Of a stretch of 64,000 bases of DNA, positions 9,709-21,419 are shown piece by piece. A model generated the notes under the pieces. That model did no database searches, was not told the origin of the DNA, and was given only the letters and a program-made list of their open reading frames with translations. Within the stretch, counting starts at the first letter, position 1. Each line of letters starts with the position of its first letter. The stretch spans positions 3,680,001 to 3,744,000 of the forward strand of contig OZ257142.1 in assembly GCA_965279035.1 (NCBI GenBank), read 5' to 3'. Source of the stretch: Bacteroidia bacterium (GTDB lineage: Bacteria > Bacteroidota > Bacteroidia > M30B66). A program made the translations under genes and the position numbers.

Positions 9709-11625
9709 TTATTTGTAAGAACGTTGAACGAGTTTCACATTGTCGAACACCAATGGTTCTTTATGTAATTCTGCTTGTTGCCCTTCGCCTTTGAATTCCC
9801 ATGCTGCTACATAAGCATAGTTATCATCGTCGCGGCGTGCTTCACCGTCCTCAGTTTGATATTCTTCGCGGAAGTGACCACCACAGCTTTCGTTGCGGTT
9901 GTAAGCATCATCAATCATCAACTCTCCTAATTCAAGGAAGTCGGCTACGCGAAGTGCTTTTTCCAATTCTTGGTTGGTTTCGTTTGCCGTTCCGGGGATG
10001 CGCACATTGCTCCAGAATTCGGCACGGATATCCTGTACCATTTTCTTCGCTTTTTGCAATCCTTCGGCATTACGCGCCATTCCGCAGTATTCCCACATCA
10101 CCAATCCTAATTTCTTGTGGAAATAATCAACTGGCTCCTTGCCTTGAACACTCATCAACTTCTGAATTTTTGAAGCAACTTCTTGTTCTGCTTTAGCAAA
10201 TTCAGGATGATCGGTTGGAATTGATTTCGTACGAATGTCTTTGCTTAAGTAATCACCAATCGTGATCGGTAATACGAAGTATCCATCCGCTAAACCTTGC
10301 ATCAAGGCGGAAGCACCCAAACGATTTGCACCATGATCAGAGAAATTACATTCTCCTGTTGCGTACAAGCCTTCTACAGTCGTCATCAAGTTGTAATCAA
10401 CCCAAAGTCCGCCCATGGTATAGTGAACAGCCGGATAAATACGCATGGGTGTTTGATACGGATTTTCGCCGGTGATCTTTTCGTACATCTCGAACAAGTT
10501 TCCGTAACGCGCTTCAATTGCAGGTTGTCCTAAGCGGTTGATTGCATCACTGAAATCGAGATAAACTGCCATTTTAGAGGCACCTACTCCGTAGCCAGCA
10601 TCGCAACGTTCTTTCGCTGCACGTGAAGCAATATCACGCGGAACTAAGTTTCCGAAAGCAGGATAACGACGCTCTAAGTAGTAATCGCGTTCTTCTTCAG
10701 GAATATCAGCTCCTTTACGTTTATCGTCTTTTTGTTTTGGCACCCAAATACGTCCGTCGTTACGAAGTGATTCAGACATCAAAGTCAATTTCGACTGATG
10801 ATCGCCCGAAACCGGAATACAGGTTGGGTGAATTTGCGTGAAACAAGGATTTCCGAAAAAAGCTCCTTTTTTATGTGCTTTCCAAGCAGCTGTCACGTTA
10901 GAACCCATGGCGTTGGTCGAAAGGAAGAATACGTTTCCGTATCCACCTGTTGCAAGTACAACAGCATGTCCGAAGAAACGCTCTAGTTTTCCAGTAACCA
11001 TATCGCGAGCGATGATTCCGCGTGCTTTTCCATCAATCAATACCACATCCATCATTTCGTGACGGTTGTACATATCGACTTGCTTGCGACCAATTTGACG
11101 ACTTAAAGCAGAGTATGCACCCAACAATAATTGTTGTCCCGTTTGACCGCGTGCGTAGAATGTTCTAGAAACCTGAACACCACCAAATGAGCGGTTATCA
11201 AGCAATCCACCGTATTCACGAGCAAAAGGAACACCTTGAGCCACGCATTGGTCGATGATAGCAGTACTTACTTCCGCTAGGCGATGCACATTCGCTTCGC
11301 GAGAACGGTAGTCACCACCTTTCACTGTATCGTAGAAAAGACGGTGCACAGAGTCACCATCGTTAGCGTAATTTTTAGCGGCATTGATACCACCTTGGGC
11401 AGCAATGGAGTGAGCGCGGCGCGGACTATCTTGAAAGCAAAACACTTTCACTTTGTAACCCATCTCCCCTAAAGTTGCAGCAGCCGAAGCACCTGCAAGA
11501 CCAGACCCAACTACAATGACTTCGATGTGTCGTTTGTTGGCAGGATTAACTAGCGGAATGGTTGCTTTATAGCGCGTCCATTTTTCTGCAATGGCTCCTT
11601 GAGGAATTTTTGCATCCAATTTCAT
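9709..11625 (-). CDS. sdhA: Succinate dehydrogenase/fumarate reductase flavoprotein subunit
   Basis: [40 protein letters not shown]. Confidence 0.97.
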   Translation of the reverse strand: MKLDAKIPQGAIAEKWTRYKATIPLVNPANKRHIEVIVVGSGLAGASAAATLGEMGYKVKVFCFQDSPRRAHSIAAQGGINAAKNYANDGDSVHRLFYDTVKGGDYRSREANVHRLAEVSTAIIDQCVAQGVPFAREYGGLLDNRSFGGVQVSRTFYARGQTGQQLLLGAYSALSRQIGRKQVDMYNRHEMMDVVLIDGKARGIIARDMVTGKLERFFGHAVVLATGGYGNVFFLSTNAMGSNVTAAWKAHKKGAFFGNPCFTQIHPTCIPVSGDHQSKLTLMSESLRNDGRIWVPKQKDDKRKGADIPEEERDYYLERRYPAFGNLVPRDIASRAAKERCDAGYGVGASKMAVYLDFSDAINRLGQPAIEARYGNLFEMYEKITGENPYQTPMRIYPAVHYTMGGLWVDYNLMTTVEGLYATGECNFSDHGANRLGASALMQGLADGYFVLPITIGDYLSKDIRTKSIPTDHPEFAKAEQEVASKIQKLMSVQGKEPVDYFHKKLGLVMWEYCGMARNAEGLQKAKKMVQDIRAEFWSNVRIPGTANETNQELEKALRVADFLELGELMIDDAYNRNESCGGHFREEYQTEDGEARRDDDNYAYVAAWEFKGEGQQAELHKEPLVFDNVKLVQRSYK

Positions 11626-11639
11626 AGGTCGGGTGATGA

Positions 11640-12332
11640 TTAATTATTCAAAAGGAAAAACAGTGGCATAGCGGCAAAGAGAGCCGGAATGATGATCGCA
11701 AAAACACCTACACCAATTCCTTTGATGATGGGAGTGTATTTGTGGTGATTGAGTCCAAGTGATTGGAAAGCACTAGAGAAACCATGAAATAAGTGGAACG
11801 CCAATGCGAACATGCAAACCACGTAAAGTACCACGTACCATACTTGTGTGAATGCTTCGGAAACGATGAGGTACATGTCTTTGTAGAGGATATCGCTGCC
11901 ATCGTAATTGATAGTTGGCATGTGTCCAAAGTGCATTTCGAACCAGAACGATTTCATGTGAATGACAAGGAAAGTAAGAATAAGTGTTCCTAGTATGCCC
12001 ATGTTACGAGAGCTCCAAGTAGAACTTTTACTTTGGTTCACCGTGGCATATCCTTGAGGACGAGCGCGACGGTTAGCAGCTATAAGCATGAATCCATCGA
12101 GCACATGCAGGAGAATGAGTGCATAATTGACATAAGACACAATCTTGATGAGCGGATTGTGTGTCATGAAATAGGTGTATTCGTTGAAGGCTTGTCCGCC
12201 GTCGTCTTTAAAAAGCTGCAAGTTTCCGATGCAGTGAACGATGAGGAAAGTACAGAGGAAAAGGCCTGAGAGCGCCATGAGGTATTTACGCCCGAGTGAT
12301 GATTTAAACAGACCTGCCGAGACAGTAGCCAT
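11640..12332 (-). CDS. sdhC: Succinate dehydrogenase cytochrome b subunit
   Basis: Five TM segments with His ligands (HCIGNL, H, H, HLFHG); precedes sdhA. Confidence 0.95.
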   Translation of the reverse strand: MATVSAGLFKSSLGRKYLMALSGLFLCTFLIVHCIGNLQLFKDDGGQAFNEYTYFMTHNPLIKIVSYVNYALILLHVLDGFMLIAANRRARPQGYATVNQSKSSTWSSRNMGILGTLILTFLVIHMKSFWFEMHFGHMPTINYDGSDILYKDMYLIVSEAFTQVWYVVLYVVCMFALAFHLFHGFSSAFQSLGLNHHKYTPIIKGIGVGVFAIIIPALFAAMPLFFLLNN

Positions 12333-12360
12333 AAGAAAGGTTGGTTTTTAAGATGGTGTG

Positions 12361-12368
12361 CAAATGTA
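12361..12368 (-). promoter_or_regulatory. Bacteroidota -7 promoter element (TACATTTG) for sdhCAB
   Basis: Matches TAnnTTTG, 28 bp upstream of the sdhC ATG. Confidence 0.7.
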
Positions 12369-12693
12369 GACAGCGAGGTGGTTCATTGCAACATTCCTAC
12401 AATCAGTTTTGCACTCGTTAATTACCAGATTAAAATGAAATTGTTTTCAAATAAAATAATTCTAGAACTGAGTAATGAAGCACAATTGCAAGAAATTGAA
12501 TTGAAAAATAGAGGCTTTCAGGTCGTTCGTTTTCTTATTTAGAATGATAATAAATTATCACCAAGAGGGATTGAATAGTAAAATATGAAATGATTGTCAG
12601 TAATGAAGAATTGAATGTTAAGAAAAGTGTTGAGTTGTTATCTGATTCAAATTTAAAAACAGGTTAGGTTTGGGAAATCTATAAAACCCAAAG

Positions 12694-13458
12694 ATGAAAC
12701 TAACAACACGCCTTATTCTATTTCTAGTTGCTGGAAATATGGTTTTGAGTTCTTGTAAGAAGGACAAAGAAGAGGAAACTCCTACGCCAACGCCAACGCC
12801 AGCTGCGCCTGGAAATCCAAACCCAGCTCCTGATTCAGCATTTGGTGCTTTGGTAGCTATTCAAACTTCTAATTACATTACAGTTCCATTGGTTGGAGAA
12901 ATCAATCAGCCTATTGGTGTTGCTTTAGGTGTATTTGGGAATTTGATAACACCAGCTTATGTAGATGCAGGAACAGTAAGTGTAAACGCTTCTGCATTAA
13001 CGAAGCAGAGTAATGGATCGTATGTGTTCACACCATCAGGGACAGCAACAACAGGAATTGATTTTGGAGATGAAGTGCATTGGATTGCAAGTGGAAATGC
13101 AACAACATCGGTTCCTGCAATTGATGTGATGGTAAGTCGTCCAGTTCCAACGGGACCAAAATATTCTGGAGCGACAAGTATTCCAATCAATGCTGCATTC
13201 ACATTGAGTTCATCCGTTACAATAGCAGATGCTGATTCCATTTATTACAGTGTGATTGGCAATGGAGCAACGGTACAAAAAGTTGTTGATGGCAATGTAC
13301 AATCGGTGACTTTTTCGGCAGCAGAAATGACATCTTTAGGAGCAGGTGGTGGTTATGTACAAATTGCCCCGTATAATATTAGCTCGCAATTGATTAGTGG
13401 AAAAAGAATCTATTTTGTAAATGAGTCCGTTGCTACGAAATCGGTAACATTCCAGTAA
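12694..13458 (+). CDS. Hypothetical lipoprotein with Pro/Thr linker
   Basis: Lipobox LSSC followed by KKDKEEE and PTPTPTP. Confidence 0.82.
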   Translation: MKLTTRLILFLVAGNMVLSSCKKDKEEETPTPTPTPAAPGNPNPAPDSAFGALVAIQTSNYITVPLVGEINQPIGVALGVFGNLITPAYVDAGTVSVNASALTKQSNGSYVFTPSGTATTGIDFGDEVHWIASGNATTSVPAIDVMVSRPVPTGPKYSGATSIPINAAFTLSSSVTIADADSIYYSVIGNGATVQKVVDGNVQSVTFSAAEMTSLGAGGGYVQIAPYNISSQLISGKRIYFVNESVATKSVTFQ

Positions 13459-13477
13459 AAATATATTTCTTAAATTT

Positions 13478-13511
13478 AAAAGAGCTGTTGAAATTCAACA
13501 GCTCTTTTTTT
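13478..13511 (+). terminator. Intrinsic terminator
   Basis: aaaagagctgttga-aat-tcaacagctctttt followed by a T tract. Confidence 0.9.
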
Positions 13512-13627
13512 TGCAATTCAAATTAGGGTTAAATCACCTATTAATATATTTTAATCACATAATTGATTTTGATTCATCTACATTTGCCATTGTCGGGGGC
13601 GATACATTGGAATTAATATATCGCGTT

Positions 13628-14047
13628 ATGCTAGAAAAGAGATTTGTATTATTGATAGATGATGACCCGATTCTCATTTACATTGTAGAACAACAGTTCA
13701 AAAAACAGCTTTACTGTGATGAAATATTGTCTTTTGACAATGCTGAAAATGCTGTTGAATACCTAGAGAATCCAAACAATCCAAGGCCTGATCTCATTTT
13801 ACTTGATATCAATATGCCGGGTATGAATGGATGGGATTTTTTGCAGGTTTTAAAGAATGGTAGCATTCCAAATTCCTGTGATTTGAAGGTGGCAATACTT
13901 TCCTCATCTGTAGATCCTCAAGATCATATTCGGGCAGAGGTGTATACAAATGTGCTTAGTTTCATGACCAAGCCATTGAATATCGATCTGCTGAAAGTTT
14001 TGTTAAATAAATCAACTCCCGAATCTGAAATCCAATCCGGGAGTTGA
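13628..14047 (+). CDS. Single-domain response regulator (receiver)
   Basis: LLIDDD, PDLILLDINMPGMNGWDFL, ILSSS, KPL. ATG at 13628 chosen because TACATTTG lies at 13579-13586. Confidence 0.9.
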   Translation: MLEKRFVLLIDDDPILIYIVEQQFKKQLYCDEILSFDNAENAVEYLENPNNPRPDLILLDINMPGMNGWDFLQVLKNGSIPNSCDLKVAILSSSVDPQDHIRAEVYTNVLSFMTKPLNIDLLKVLLNKSTPESEIQSGS

Positions 14048-14050
14048 TTT
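14009..14050. terminator. Hairpin between convergent genes, overlapping the response regulator 3' end
   Basis: 13-bp stem aaatcaactcccg / cgggagttgattt. Confidence 0.7.
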
Positions 14051-14054
14051 TCGA

Positions 14055-17000
14055 TTAACGTTTAACGATGCGCTTAACAAGGTTGATTTTAGGACTGAAT
14101 ACTTGAATGGTATAAACACCCGGCATGCGGTCCTTCAAGCTAATTTCAAAACCTGCTAAATCAGTATGTTTCACCGTTGCTGAGCCAACGAGATTCCCTG
14201 CTGCATCGGTAATCGACATTTGATAAATTCCTGCTTCAGCACCTGGTAATTGAAGTGTAAAGCTTTCTTCAAATGGGTTTGGAAATACTTGCAATTCATG
14301 CTCTGCGGCAGTATTAAATTGCACCATTTGAGGATTGTAAATTCGACGAGCACCATCGAAATCGGTCTGAACCAAACGATAATAAGAGATACCATGAATC
14401 GGTTTCATATCAAGTGCTTGGTATGATTTCAAGGCGTTTGAATTTCCAGATCCATCAACACGAGCAACCTCTTCGAAAGAAATTAAATCAGCACTTCGCT
14501 CAACAGTAAAGAAATGATTGTTGCTTTCACTAGCAGTTGTCCAATCCAATTCCACATGATCTTTCACTGCATCTGCTTTAAAGCTGAGTAATTCAACCGG
14601 AAGTGGATTTTGAGTATTAGATGATCCCATTGTGAAAGGACTAAAACTTGTCACCGCACCTGATGTTCCAATTGTTTGACCTACAATTCCGCCATTACCA
14701 TGATCTTTCCATTGTGTTCCATTCCAACGAACCACTTTCAAATCAGAAGAGCTAGTCACACCACCCGAAACATAAGTATCCCAACTCAATGTTACTATTA
14801 CATTGGATGATCCACCTGTGCGGTTTAATATCCAATATTCGTTCGTACTGATGTGGTTGATGGATGCGTCTTTGGATGAATGCGAATAGGTAGCATTTGA
14901 ATTCGACATGAAATATTCAGCGGTAAAATGATCGGTAGCAACTGCTGGTGCAGCAATTTGTATTGGACGATAGTACCCTACTTTTCCAACAGGGAAAGTA
15001 AAAGCAGTATTTCCAATTTTACGAATCGGTCCATTGATGTATGAATTGTTTGAAGCCCCAGTTGCCGTAACACCACTGTTTAATACCAACAAATTGCTCG
15101 ATGTCGTGGTCATTGTACCCGTTGTGAGAATTAAAGCACGAGTAATTGACAAAGAAAAATTCGGTGTGAGTGTTGTTCCAACAGTTTTTGCTAATTCGAG
15201 ATTAACAACTACTGGAAGTTTTGCTGCATCGGCCGAAAAGGTTTGATTGGCAGCACCATCAAATACTAATTTTCCTGTAGCACTTCCTGCCAAGGTATAA
15301 GTAATTAATGTAGTAGAACCTACCGAAGTTACATTCCCTGCAAAGGTTACAGGCATTGAATACGCAGGATAAAGCTTAGTTGCACTGGTTGAAAGAAATG
15401 TCACATTACCATTGTAATCATCGGTTGTAGTAGTTGCTTGACGCCATTCTCCCGAACCTGTGCTATTTAAAGTCGTTGTTCCATTAAACACATTTCCTCC
15501 TAAACAGCCAACAGTAGCTGAGCCATTATTTTGAAGCGTTGTAGTACCATTGAATGTTCCACCATTGAGGAAAAACTGATTAAAATTCAAATTCAAAGTA
15601 CCTGCGAATGAAGTTCCTGTTTCCATGTATGCAGAAACACCATTGGTAGCATTACTTAATGTGATAGCCGCAGTTCCTGTTTGTACAAAGCGACGGAAGC
15701 GAAGCGATCCAGATACAAATCCACCTCCACCAAATGCAAGCGAAGCAGTTCCTGCAAGTACCGAAGAGCCATTTGCTCCTTGACCAAAGCGAATTCCTCC
15801 AGCAGTTCCAGTTGAAGTCATGGTAATTGTACCATTAAAGGTTGTTCCAACTCCATTATTAGCCATGTATAGAATGGCTGTATTTCCCGAAACATTTAAT
15901 GCCAAAGTTGAATTGTAGGTATCGACCGTTGTATTGCTTTGTGTCCAATTAGCAGCACCAGTTAAATTGAACGTTGTAGCGCCATTGAAGGTATTTCCTC
16001 CATTACATGTGATAGCTGTTGCTCCATTTTGGGTAAATGTTCCAGCGGCGAAGGTTGTTCCGTTGAGATAGATTTGAGGTGCAACAACTGTCATTGCACC
16101 AGTAAACGTATTTCCGGTTTGGAAATAAAGGGCGTTGGTTGTTCCTCCAATTGCTAATGAATGCGCCGTTGTTCCAAGTTGAGATGTATTGCGGATGTAC
16201 AATGAACCTACAGGGAATCCAACAGCAGTACAAGTGAAATTAGCACTTGCTCCGATTTGAGCTGTCCCAGTTCCTTGACCAATACGAATCCCTTGGGATG
16301 AACCACTTGATTCGAAAGTACAAGCTCCGTTAAATTGAGTTAGAACACCATTGAAGGCTAGTTGAATGAGATTTGATCCAGTATTGCGAACAAGCAAGGT
16401 GCTTGAAAAAATATCGGACGTTGAATTAGCAAGCGTCCACTGAGCTGTACCAGAATTAATCAAGGTTGTAGCTCCACCAAACGTATTTCCTCCATTACAC
16501 GTAACTGCTGTTGGACCATTTTGGGTAAAAGATCCAGCAGCGAACGTAGTTCCATTTAAAAATACCAAAGGAGCAACAGCCGTTACAGTTCCTGTAAGTG
16601 TATTTCCAGTTTCAAAATAAAGAGAAGCCGTTGTTCCACCTAGAGTTAAACTGTGTGCAGCAGAACCAAGTTGAGTTGTATTGCGAATACGCAAAGCTCC
16701 TGCAGTAAAACCGATAGCGGTTGATGTAAATCCAACACCTGCACCTATACGGGCAGTTCCGGTGTTTTGTCCGATACGAATTCCTTGTGAAGTTCCTGTA
16801 GATTCAAACGTAACATTCCCATTGAATTGGTTGAGAGCACCGTTGTAGGCTAAATGCATTAATCCACTTGAATTGTTTCGTGCCAATAAAGTTCCATTGA
16901 AAACATCTGGGCTAACATTCGAAAAGAGCCATGTGCCAGTTCCACTGTTTACAAGAGTAGTTGCAGCACCAAATGTATTTCCTCCATTCGAATTGATAGA

Positions 17001-20000
17001 GAACGTACTGGTTTGTTCTAAATAGGCGGTGTTAGCGTAAGTTGTTCCGTTGAGATATAGCTGAGGAGCGATAAACGTAACTGGACCATTAAAGGTATTA
17101 CCCGTTTCGAGGTACATCGTTCCAGATGCTCCAGTAATCGTAATTGCTTGAGCAGTTGTTCCAACTTGAGTTAGATTACGAATACGCAATGAACCTGCAG
17201 AAAATCCTCCAACTCCAACAGAAATTGTTTTTGTAGCGGCCAAAGTGGATGTTCCGTTATTATTTCCAAAACGAATTCCTCCTGAACCATTGTAGGAACT
17301 GATTACAACATTTCCGTTAAACTGATTTCCTGCTCCAGTTTGTGCAAGTTGGATTAATGAATTTACGCCCGATGCTACCACATCCAATGTAGATTGGAAA
17401 ATATCGGCCGAAGTATTTGCTAATGTCCAAGTAGCTGTTCCAGAATTTGTAAGCGTTACGGCTCCAGTAAAAGTACATCCACCAGCAGAAGTTACTGCAG
17501 CAGCTCCTGTTTGAGTGAGCGACAAAGAATTGGCGAAGCTCGTTCCATTCAAGAAAATTTGAGGAAAATTAACCGATACAGCAGCATTGAAGGTAGAACC
17601 AGTTTCGAAATAAATACTTGTTGTTGCTCCGGCAGAAGTAAAGGAATGAATGCTCGTTCCTAATTGGGTAAAATTCCGGAATCGTAAAGTTCCTGCAGTA
17701 AAACCATCTGTCCCTATTTGGATTTTTTTACCCGATATTAATGATGTTGTTCCACCACCTTGACCAAAATAAATTCCTCCGGTAGCATTAGTACTGTTAA
17801 TATATACATCATCATTGAAAACATTTCCAGCTCCTGTATGAGATGCATAAATACCTCCTGCACCTAATGAGGACAAGGTTGTAATTGCACTGAACGTATT
17901 GGCAGTTGTTGTAGCCAATTGCAATGCACCAGAACCTTCGTTAGTAATACTAGTTGTTCCTCCAAAGACAATACTTCCAGACCAAGCATTTGTTGAAGCA
18001 CCATTTTTACGAAGCGTTGCCGAGTTATTGAACGTTGTATTATTGACAATAAGCTGAGGAAAATTAAAGTTGACAGGTCCGTTAAATTGGCAACCTGTTT
18101 CAATTTGAAACAAAGCCGTTCCCGAAGTTTGTGCTATAGTTTGAGCTGTTGTTCCAGTTTGAACAAAATATCTCAAAATGGTTGATCCTGTACTTAAGCC
18201 TGAAACACCAGCTGAAATGGAATATGAATCAGCCAAAGTTGATCGACCGTTATTTTGTCCAAATCGGATTCCTTGTCCAGAACCGGATGAATTCAAAATC
18301 AAATTCCCATTAAATTGGTTGCCAACCGCTGTATGTGCGAGATAAAAAATGGCATTTCCAGTTTGAGTAATTGTTGTTGTTCCATTGAAAATATCTGCAT
18401 AGGTATTTCCTAAAGCAATTTGTCCTGCAACAGGATTCGTAAAAGTAATATTGCCATTAAACGTACAACCTCCAGCACATGTATTTGCAGTTGCTGCTCC
18501 TTTTGTGTAGGTAAAGCTTCCGTTAAACGTTGTGCGATCGAGGTTGATGTTTGGAAATGTTAAAGCAACTGGACCGTTGATGATTGTTCCTTGAAGAAAT
18601 CCAATTGTGGCCGAACCACTTGCTTGTGTAAGTGAAATTCCATCCGATCCTAAACGAGTAACACCTTTTAAATTCAAAGTACCAGCAGTGAATCCATCAT
18701 TATAAAATGCTATAGTACTTGTTCCTGAAATGCTAGTTGTTCCAGCAGTTGTTCCAAATCCGATTCCTCCTGTGCTCGAATTATTCAAGTAAAGATTCCC
18801 ATTAATCTGACTTCCCGTTCCTGTTGCACTCATGTTAAGAGCAGCAGAAGTTGCATTATTATCTAGGTAAACACTTCCGTTAAAAATATCTGGCAAAGTG
18901 CTCGACATCGTTACAGCTCCATTTCCATTCAGGTTGAAAGTAAAATCTCCATTAAAGGTATTTCCACCCACCGAAGTCACAGCAGTTGCCGACATTTTAG
19001 TAGCAGTTATGCTATTATTAAATGTGGAACTTTGAAAGGTGATGTTTGGGAATTGAAGAGTTATTGGGGCATTGAAAACCGCATTCAACTGAAATGCGAA
19101 AATGGCAGAACCAGTTGTTTGGGTGATGGTGATAGGAGTTGTACCTAGTTGTGTAAAATAGCGGAAACCGAGTGTCCCGGCTGTGCATCCATCATTCCAA
19201 AGCTGAATTGTTTTTCCTGAAGCAAGGGTTGAAGTTCCACCGTTTGCTCCGAAATTAATCCCTGCAGAATTCATGTTAACGTAAATATTCCCATTAAACT
19301 GATTTGCTGCAGCAGTATAAGCCATGCTGATAGTTCCTGTTCCAGAATTATCATCTAGGTAAAGATCATAATTGAATATATCGGGTGTAACAGCAGCAAA
19401 TTGAATATTTCCACTGTTGGTTTTTACGATATAAACAGGGGCATTAAATGTACATCCACCATTCCCTGCTATGTTTCCATTTCCATTTTTCGTAACACGT
19501 AAGGTATCATTGAATGTAGATCCGCTTAAGTGTACAAATGGGAACGTACAGGTCACTTTCCCAGTAAATGTTGAATTTTGTTCGAAACGAACACGACCGG
19601 AAGCTGTTCCAGTTAGTGTTATTTGAGCAGTTCCAGATTGAGTTAAACCTCGAATATCCAATTCACCATTTGTAAAACCATCAGCTCCAACTACCATTGT
19701 TTTACCACTTGCCAAAGTAGATGTTCCACCATTCTGTCCAAAGCGAACACCGCCTGTACCTGTAGAATTTACAGTTACATTTCCGTTGTAATGTGTTCCA
19801 GCAGCAGTTCTTGCAGCGTAGATCACACCGTTTCCGAGAGCGCGAAGATTAAGTGTTTGATTATACGTTGATGCAGTTGTATTTTCTAAATAGATGTAAA
19901 AAGCTGTCGAGTTTGACAAGACAACTGAACTATTGAAAGTACACCCACCATTACAGATATCATTAGTTCCTCCTGTTTTAGATAAATTAACAGTACCGTT

Positions 20001-20426
20001 AAATGTACCGCCATTTAACAAGAATCGATTACCAGTATACTGCACATTCGCATTGAATGTCGTATTCGTAAACGTTACCGATGCACCTGTCATGAGCAGT
20101 GTTCCATTGGTCACAGTTCCTCCATTAAAGAGACAGGTACCGGTAACAGTCATAGTGAAACCAGCCATATTCAGAGTCCCGTTTGTGAGGGTTAGGTTCT
20201 GAATGCCTGGATTTTCTTCCCAAACAGGCTGATTGGTAGCAGCACTGTTTATCGTTACATTGTCTAAAGTTCCCGGTACCCCTGCCGGTGTCCAATTAGA
20301 CGGATTGCCCCATTCTGTAGAAATCGCACCATTCCAAGAGTAATTCGTAGCATGAGCCACTGAAATACCTCCGAAGAAAAATGCAAAGACAAAAAAGAGC
20401 ACATGAATCTGGTAGATTTTTTTCAT
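14055..20426 (-). CDS. 2123-aa T9SS type-A cargo with nine ~165-aa Thr/Gly/Asn-rich repeats (probable beta-helix)
   Basis: Signal peptide; G(I/V)x(F/I)G motif recurs every ~495 nt; LPVELLSF..WTTASE..F.VERS Ig domain; VFPNPF..GVYTI..KRIVKR CTD. Confidence 0.88.
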   Translation of the reverse strand: MKKIYQIHVLFFVFAFFFGGISVAHATNYSWNGAISTEWGNPSNWTPAGVPGTLDNVTINSAATNQPVWEENPGIQNLTLTNGTLNMAGFTMTVTGTCLFNGGTVTNGTLLMTGASVTFTNTTFNANVQYTGNRFLLNGGTFNGTVNLSKTGGTNDICNGGCTFNSSVVLSNSTAFYIYLENTTASTYNQTLNLRALGNGVIYAARTAAGTHYNGNVTVNSTGTGGVRFGQNGGTSTLASGKTMVVGADGFTNGELDIRGLTQSGTAQITLTGTASGRVRFEQNSTFTGKVTCTFPFVHLSGSTFNDTLRVTKNGNGNIAGNGGCTFNAPVYIVKTNSGNIQFAAVTPDIFNYDLYLDDNSGTGTISMAYTAAANQFNGNIYVNMNSAGINFGANGGTSTLASGKTIQLWNDGCTAGTLGFRYFTQLGTTPITITQTTGSAIFAFQLNAVFNAPITLQFPNITFQSSTFNNSITATKMSATAVTSVGGNTFNGDFTFNLNGNGAVTMSSTLPDIFNGSVYLDNNATSAALNMSATGTGSQINGNLYLNNSSTGGIGFGTTAGTTSISGTSTIAFYNDGFTAGTLNLKGVTRLGSDGISLTQASGSATIGFLQGTIINGPVALTFPNINLDRTTFNGSFTYTKGAATANTCAGGCTFNGNITFTNPVAGQIALGNTYADIFNGTTTITQTGNAIFYLAHTAVGNQFNGNLILNSSGSGQGIRFGQNNGRSTLADSYSISAGVSGLSTGSTILRYFVQTGTTAQTIAQTSGTALFQIETGCQFNGPVNFNFPQLIVNNTTFNNSATLRKNGASTNAWSGSIVFGGTTSITNEGSGALQLATTTANTFSAITTLSSLGAGGIYASHTGAGNVFNDDVYINSTNATGGIYFGQGGGTTSLISGKKIQIGTDGFTAGTLRFRNFTQLGTSIHSFTSAGATTSIYFETGSTFNAAVSVNFPQIFLNGTSFANSLSLTQTGAAAVTSAGGCTFTGAVTLTNSGTATWTLANTSADIFQSTLDVVASGVNSLIQLAQTGAGNQFNGNVVISSYNGSGGIRFGNNNGTSTLAATKTISVGVGGFSAGSLRIRNLTQVGTTAQAITITGASGTMYLETGNTFNGPVTFIAPQLYLNGTTYANTAYLEQTSTFSINSNGGNTFGAATTLVNSGTGTWLFSNVSPDVFNGTLLARNNSSGLMHLAYNGALNQFNGNVTFESTGTSQGIRIGQNTGTARIGAGVGFTSTAIGFTAGALRIRNTTQLGSAAHSLTLGGTTASLYFETGNTLTGTVTAVAPLVFLNGTTFAAGSFTQNGPTAVTCNGGNTFGGATTLINSGTAQWTLANSTSDIFSSTLLVRNTGSNLIQLAFNGVLTQFNGACTFESSGSSQGIRIGQGTGTAQIGASANFTCTAVGFPVGSLYIRNTSQLGTTAHSLAIGGTTNALYFQTGNTFTGAMTVVAPQIYLNGTTFAAGTFTQNGATAITCNGGNTFNGATTFNLTGAANWTQSNTTVDTYNSTLALNVSGNTAILYMANNGVGTTFNGTITMTSTGTAGGIRFGQGANGSSVLAGTASLAFGGGGFVSGSLRFRRFVQTGTAAITLSNATNGVSAYMETGTSFAGTLNLNFNQFFLNGGTFNGTTTLQNNGSATVGCLGGNVFNGTTTLNSTGSGEWRQATTTTDDYNGNVTFLSTSATKLYPAYSMPVTFAGNVTSVGSTTLITYTLAGSATGKLVFDGAANQTFSADAAKLPVVVNLELAKTVGTTLTPNFSLSITRALILTTGTMTTTSSNLLVLNSGVTATGASNNSYINGPIRKIGNTAFTFPVGKVGYYRPIQIAAPAVATDHFTAEYFMSNSNATYSHSSKDASINHISTNEYWILNRTGGSSNVIVTLSWDTYVSGGVTSSSDLKVVRWNGTQWKDHGNGGIVGQTIGTSGAVTSFSPFTMGSSNTQNPLPVELLSFKADAVKDHVELDWTTASESNNHFFTVERSADLISFEEVARVDGSGNSNALKSYQALDMKPIHGISYYRLVQTDFDGARRIYNPQMVQFNTAAEHELQVFPNPFEESFTLQLPGAEAGIYQMSITDAAGNLVGSATVKHTDLAGFEISLKDRMPGVYTIQVFSPKINLVKRIVKR

Positions 20427-20877
20427 GATGCTTTGGTAGATTTGAATTGCATGGCAAAGATGGGTTCAGCTACCTAGGTAGTACACCTCAGAGAGCGTAG
20501 GCTCTTTCAGATGTAAGAACTTACGAATTCCAACTACCGTTAAATCACGTGATTTTAGACTAAATTAGTTTTTTATATATTTGATTATGTGGAACATAGA
20601 AACATATTTCATTTTAGTAAATTCTACAATTAGCTTAAAAAAATTAAGTAAGAAATCTTGGCTATTTATAAAATTGACTGAATAGCTCTAGCTTAAAGTG
20701 GAGATCGTCTAAAAATCTTACAAGGGACATTTGGAGTTTGGAGGAAAATTCTTCCCAAATAGTTTGAAGAGGGTGAAAAAACGGTAGTTAAAAAGAAACT
20801 ATGTAAGAATTGCATAGAACGCTTAATCAATCAAATACAAGAATGAGTTAAATTAGCGTTGTTAGGAAAAACTAATT

Positions 20878-21387
20878 ATGTATTACCATCCCGAAGAAGA
20901 AGAAGTGCTGCCTTTTTTCAAAGCAATTCGCTGGATTGCTTTAGGGAGTTTGTTATTTGCTTCATGTTTATTGGTCGATTTTTTCTTGCCCGAACAATGT
21001 AAAGAGGAGGTTGTCACAAAACGGGTTTATTTGAAAGAGAGCAATCGCTTTGGAGGCAATACATACGAATTGAAGTTGTTCACTCCAAGATTTGAAATCC
21101 AAGTCAATCCTGATTTATTTAGGGATGCACCTGAAAAAACTCCAATTAAAGTTTACCACTCTCCATTATTTAATACGATTAAAAAAGTAGGAGGTATAAA
21201 GTCTCCAGGAGGTGAAAAATTTTTACATGAAACAGAACTTCCCGTATATAGAGGCTTTGCTGCTTTTCCAATTGCTTTGTTGCTCCTTTCCTTCTTTACA
21301 CTTATTTATAAGAAAGACGAGGTTATTTCCTACGGAGCAGGAATTATTACTATAATTATTCTGGTTACTATTCTAATGATATTTTAA
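20878..21387 (+). CDS. Hypothetical membrane protein
   Basis: 169-aa ORF with one N-terminal and two C-terminal hydrophobic helices. Confidence 0.7.
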   Translation: MYYHPEEEEVLPFFKAIRWIALGSLLFASCLLVDFFLPEQCKEEVVTKRVYLKESNRFGGNTYELKLFTPRFEIQVNPDLFRDAPEKTPIKVYHSPLFNTIKKVGGIKSPGGEKFLHETELPVYRGFAAFPIALLLLSFFTLIYKKDEVISYGAGIITIIILVTILMIF

Positions 21388-21419
21388 AAATAAACCATGT
21401 GCTGGTTTACATTTGCAGC

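Noticed and set aside
20471-20524. Short palindromes (tacctaggta, gtaagaacttac) upstream of the 2123-aa gene
   Set aside because: Too short to support an operator or riboswitch call without comparative data.
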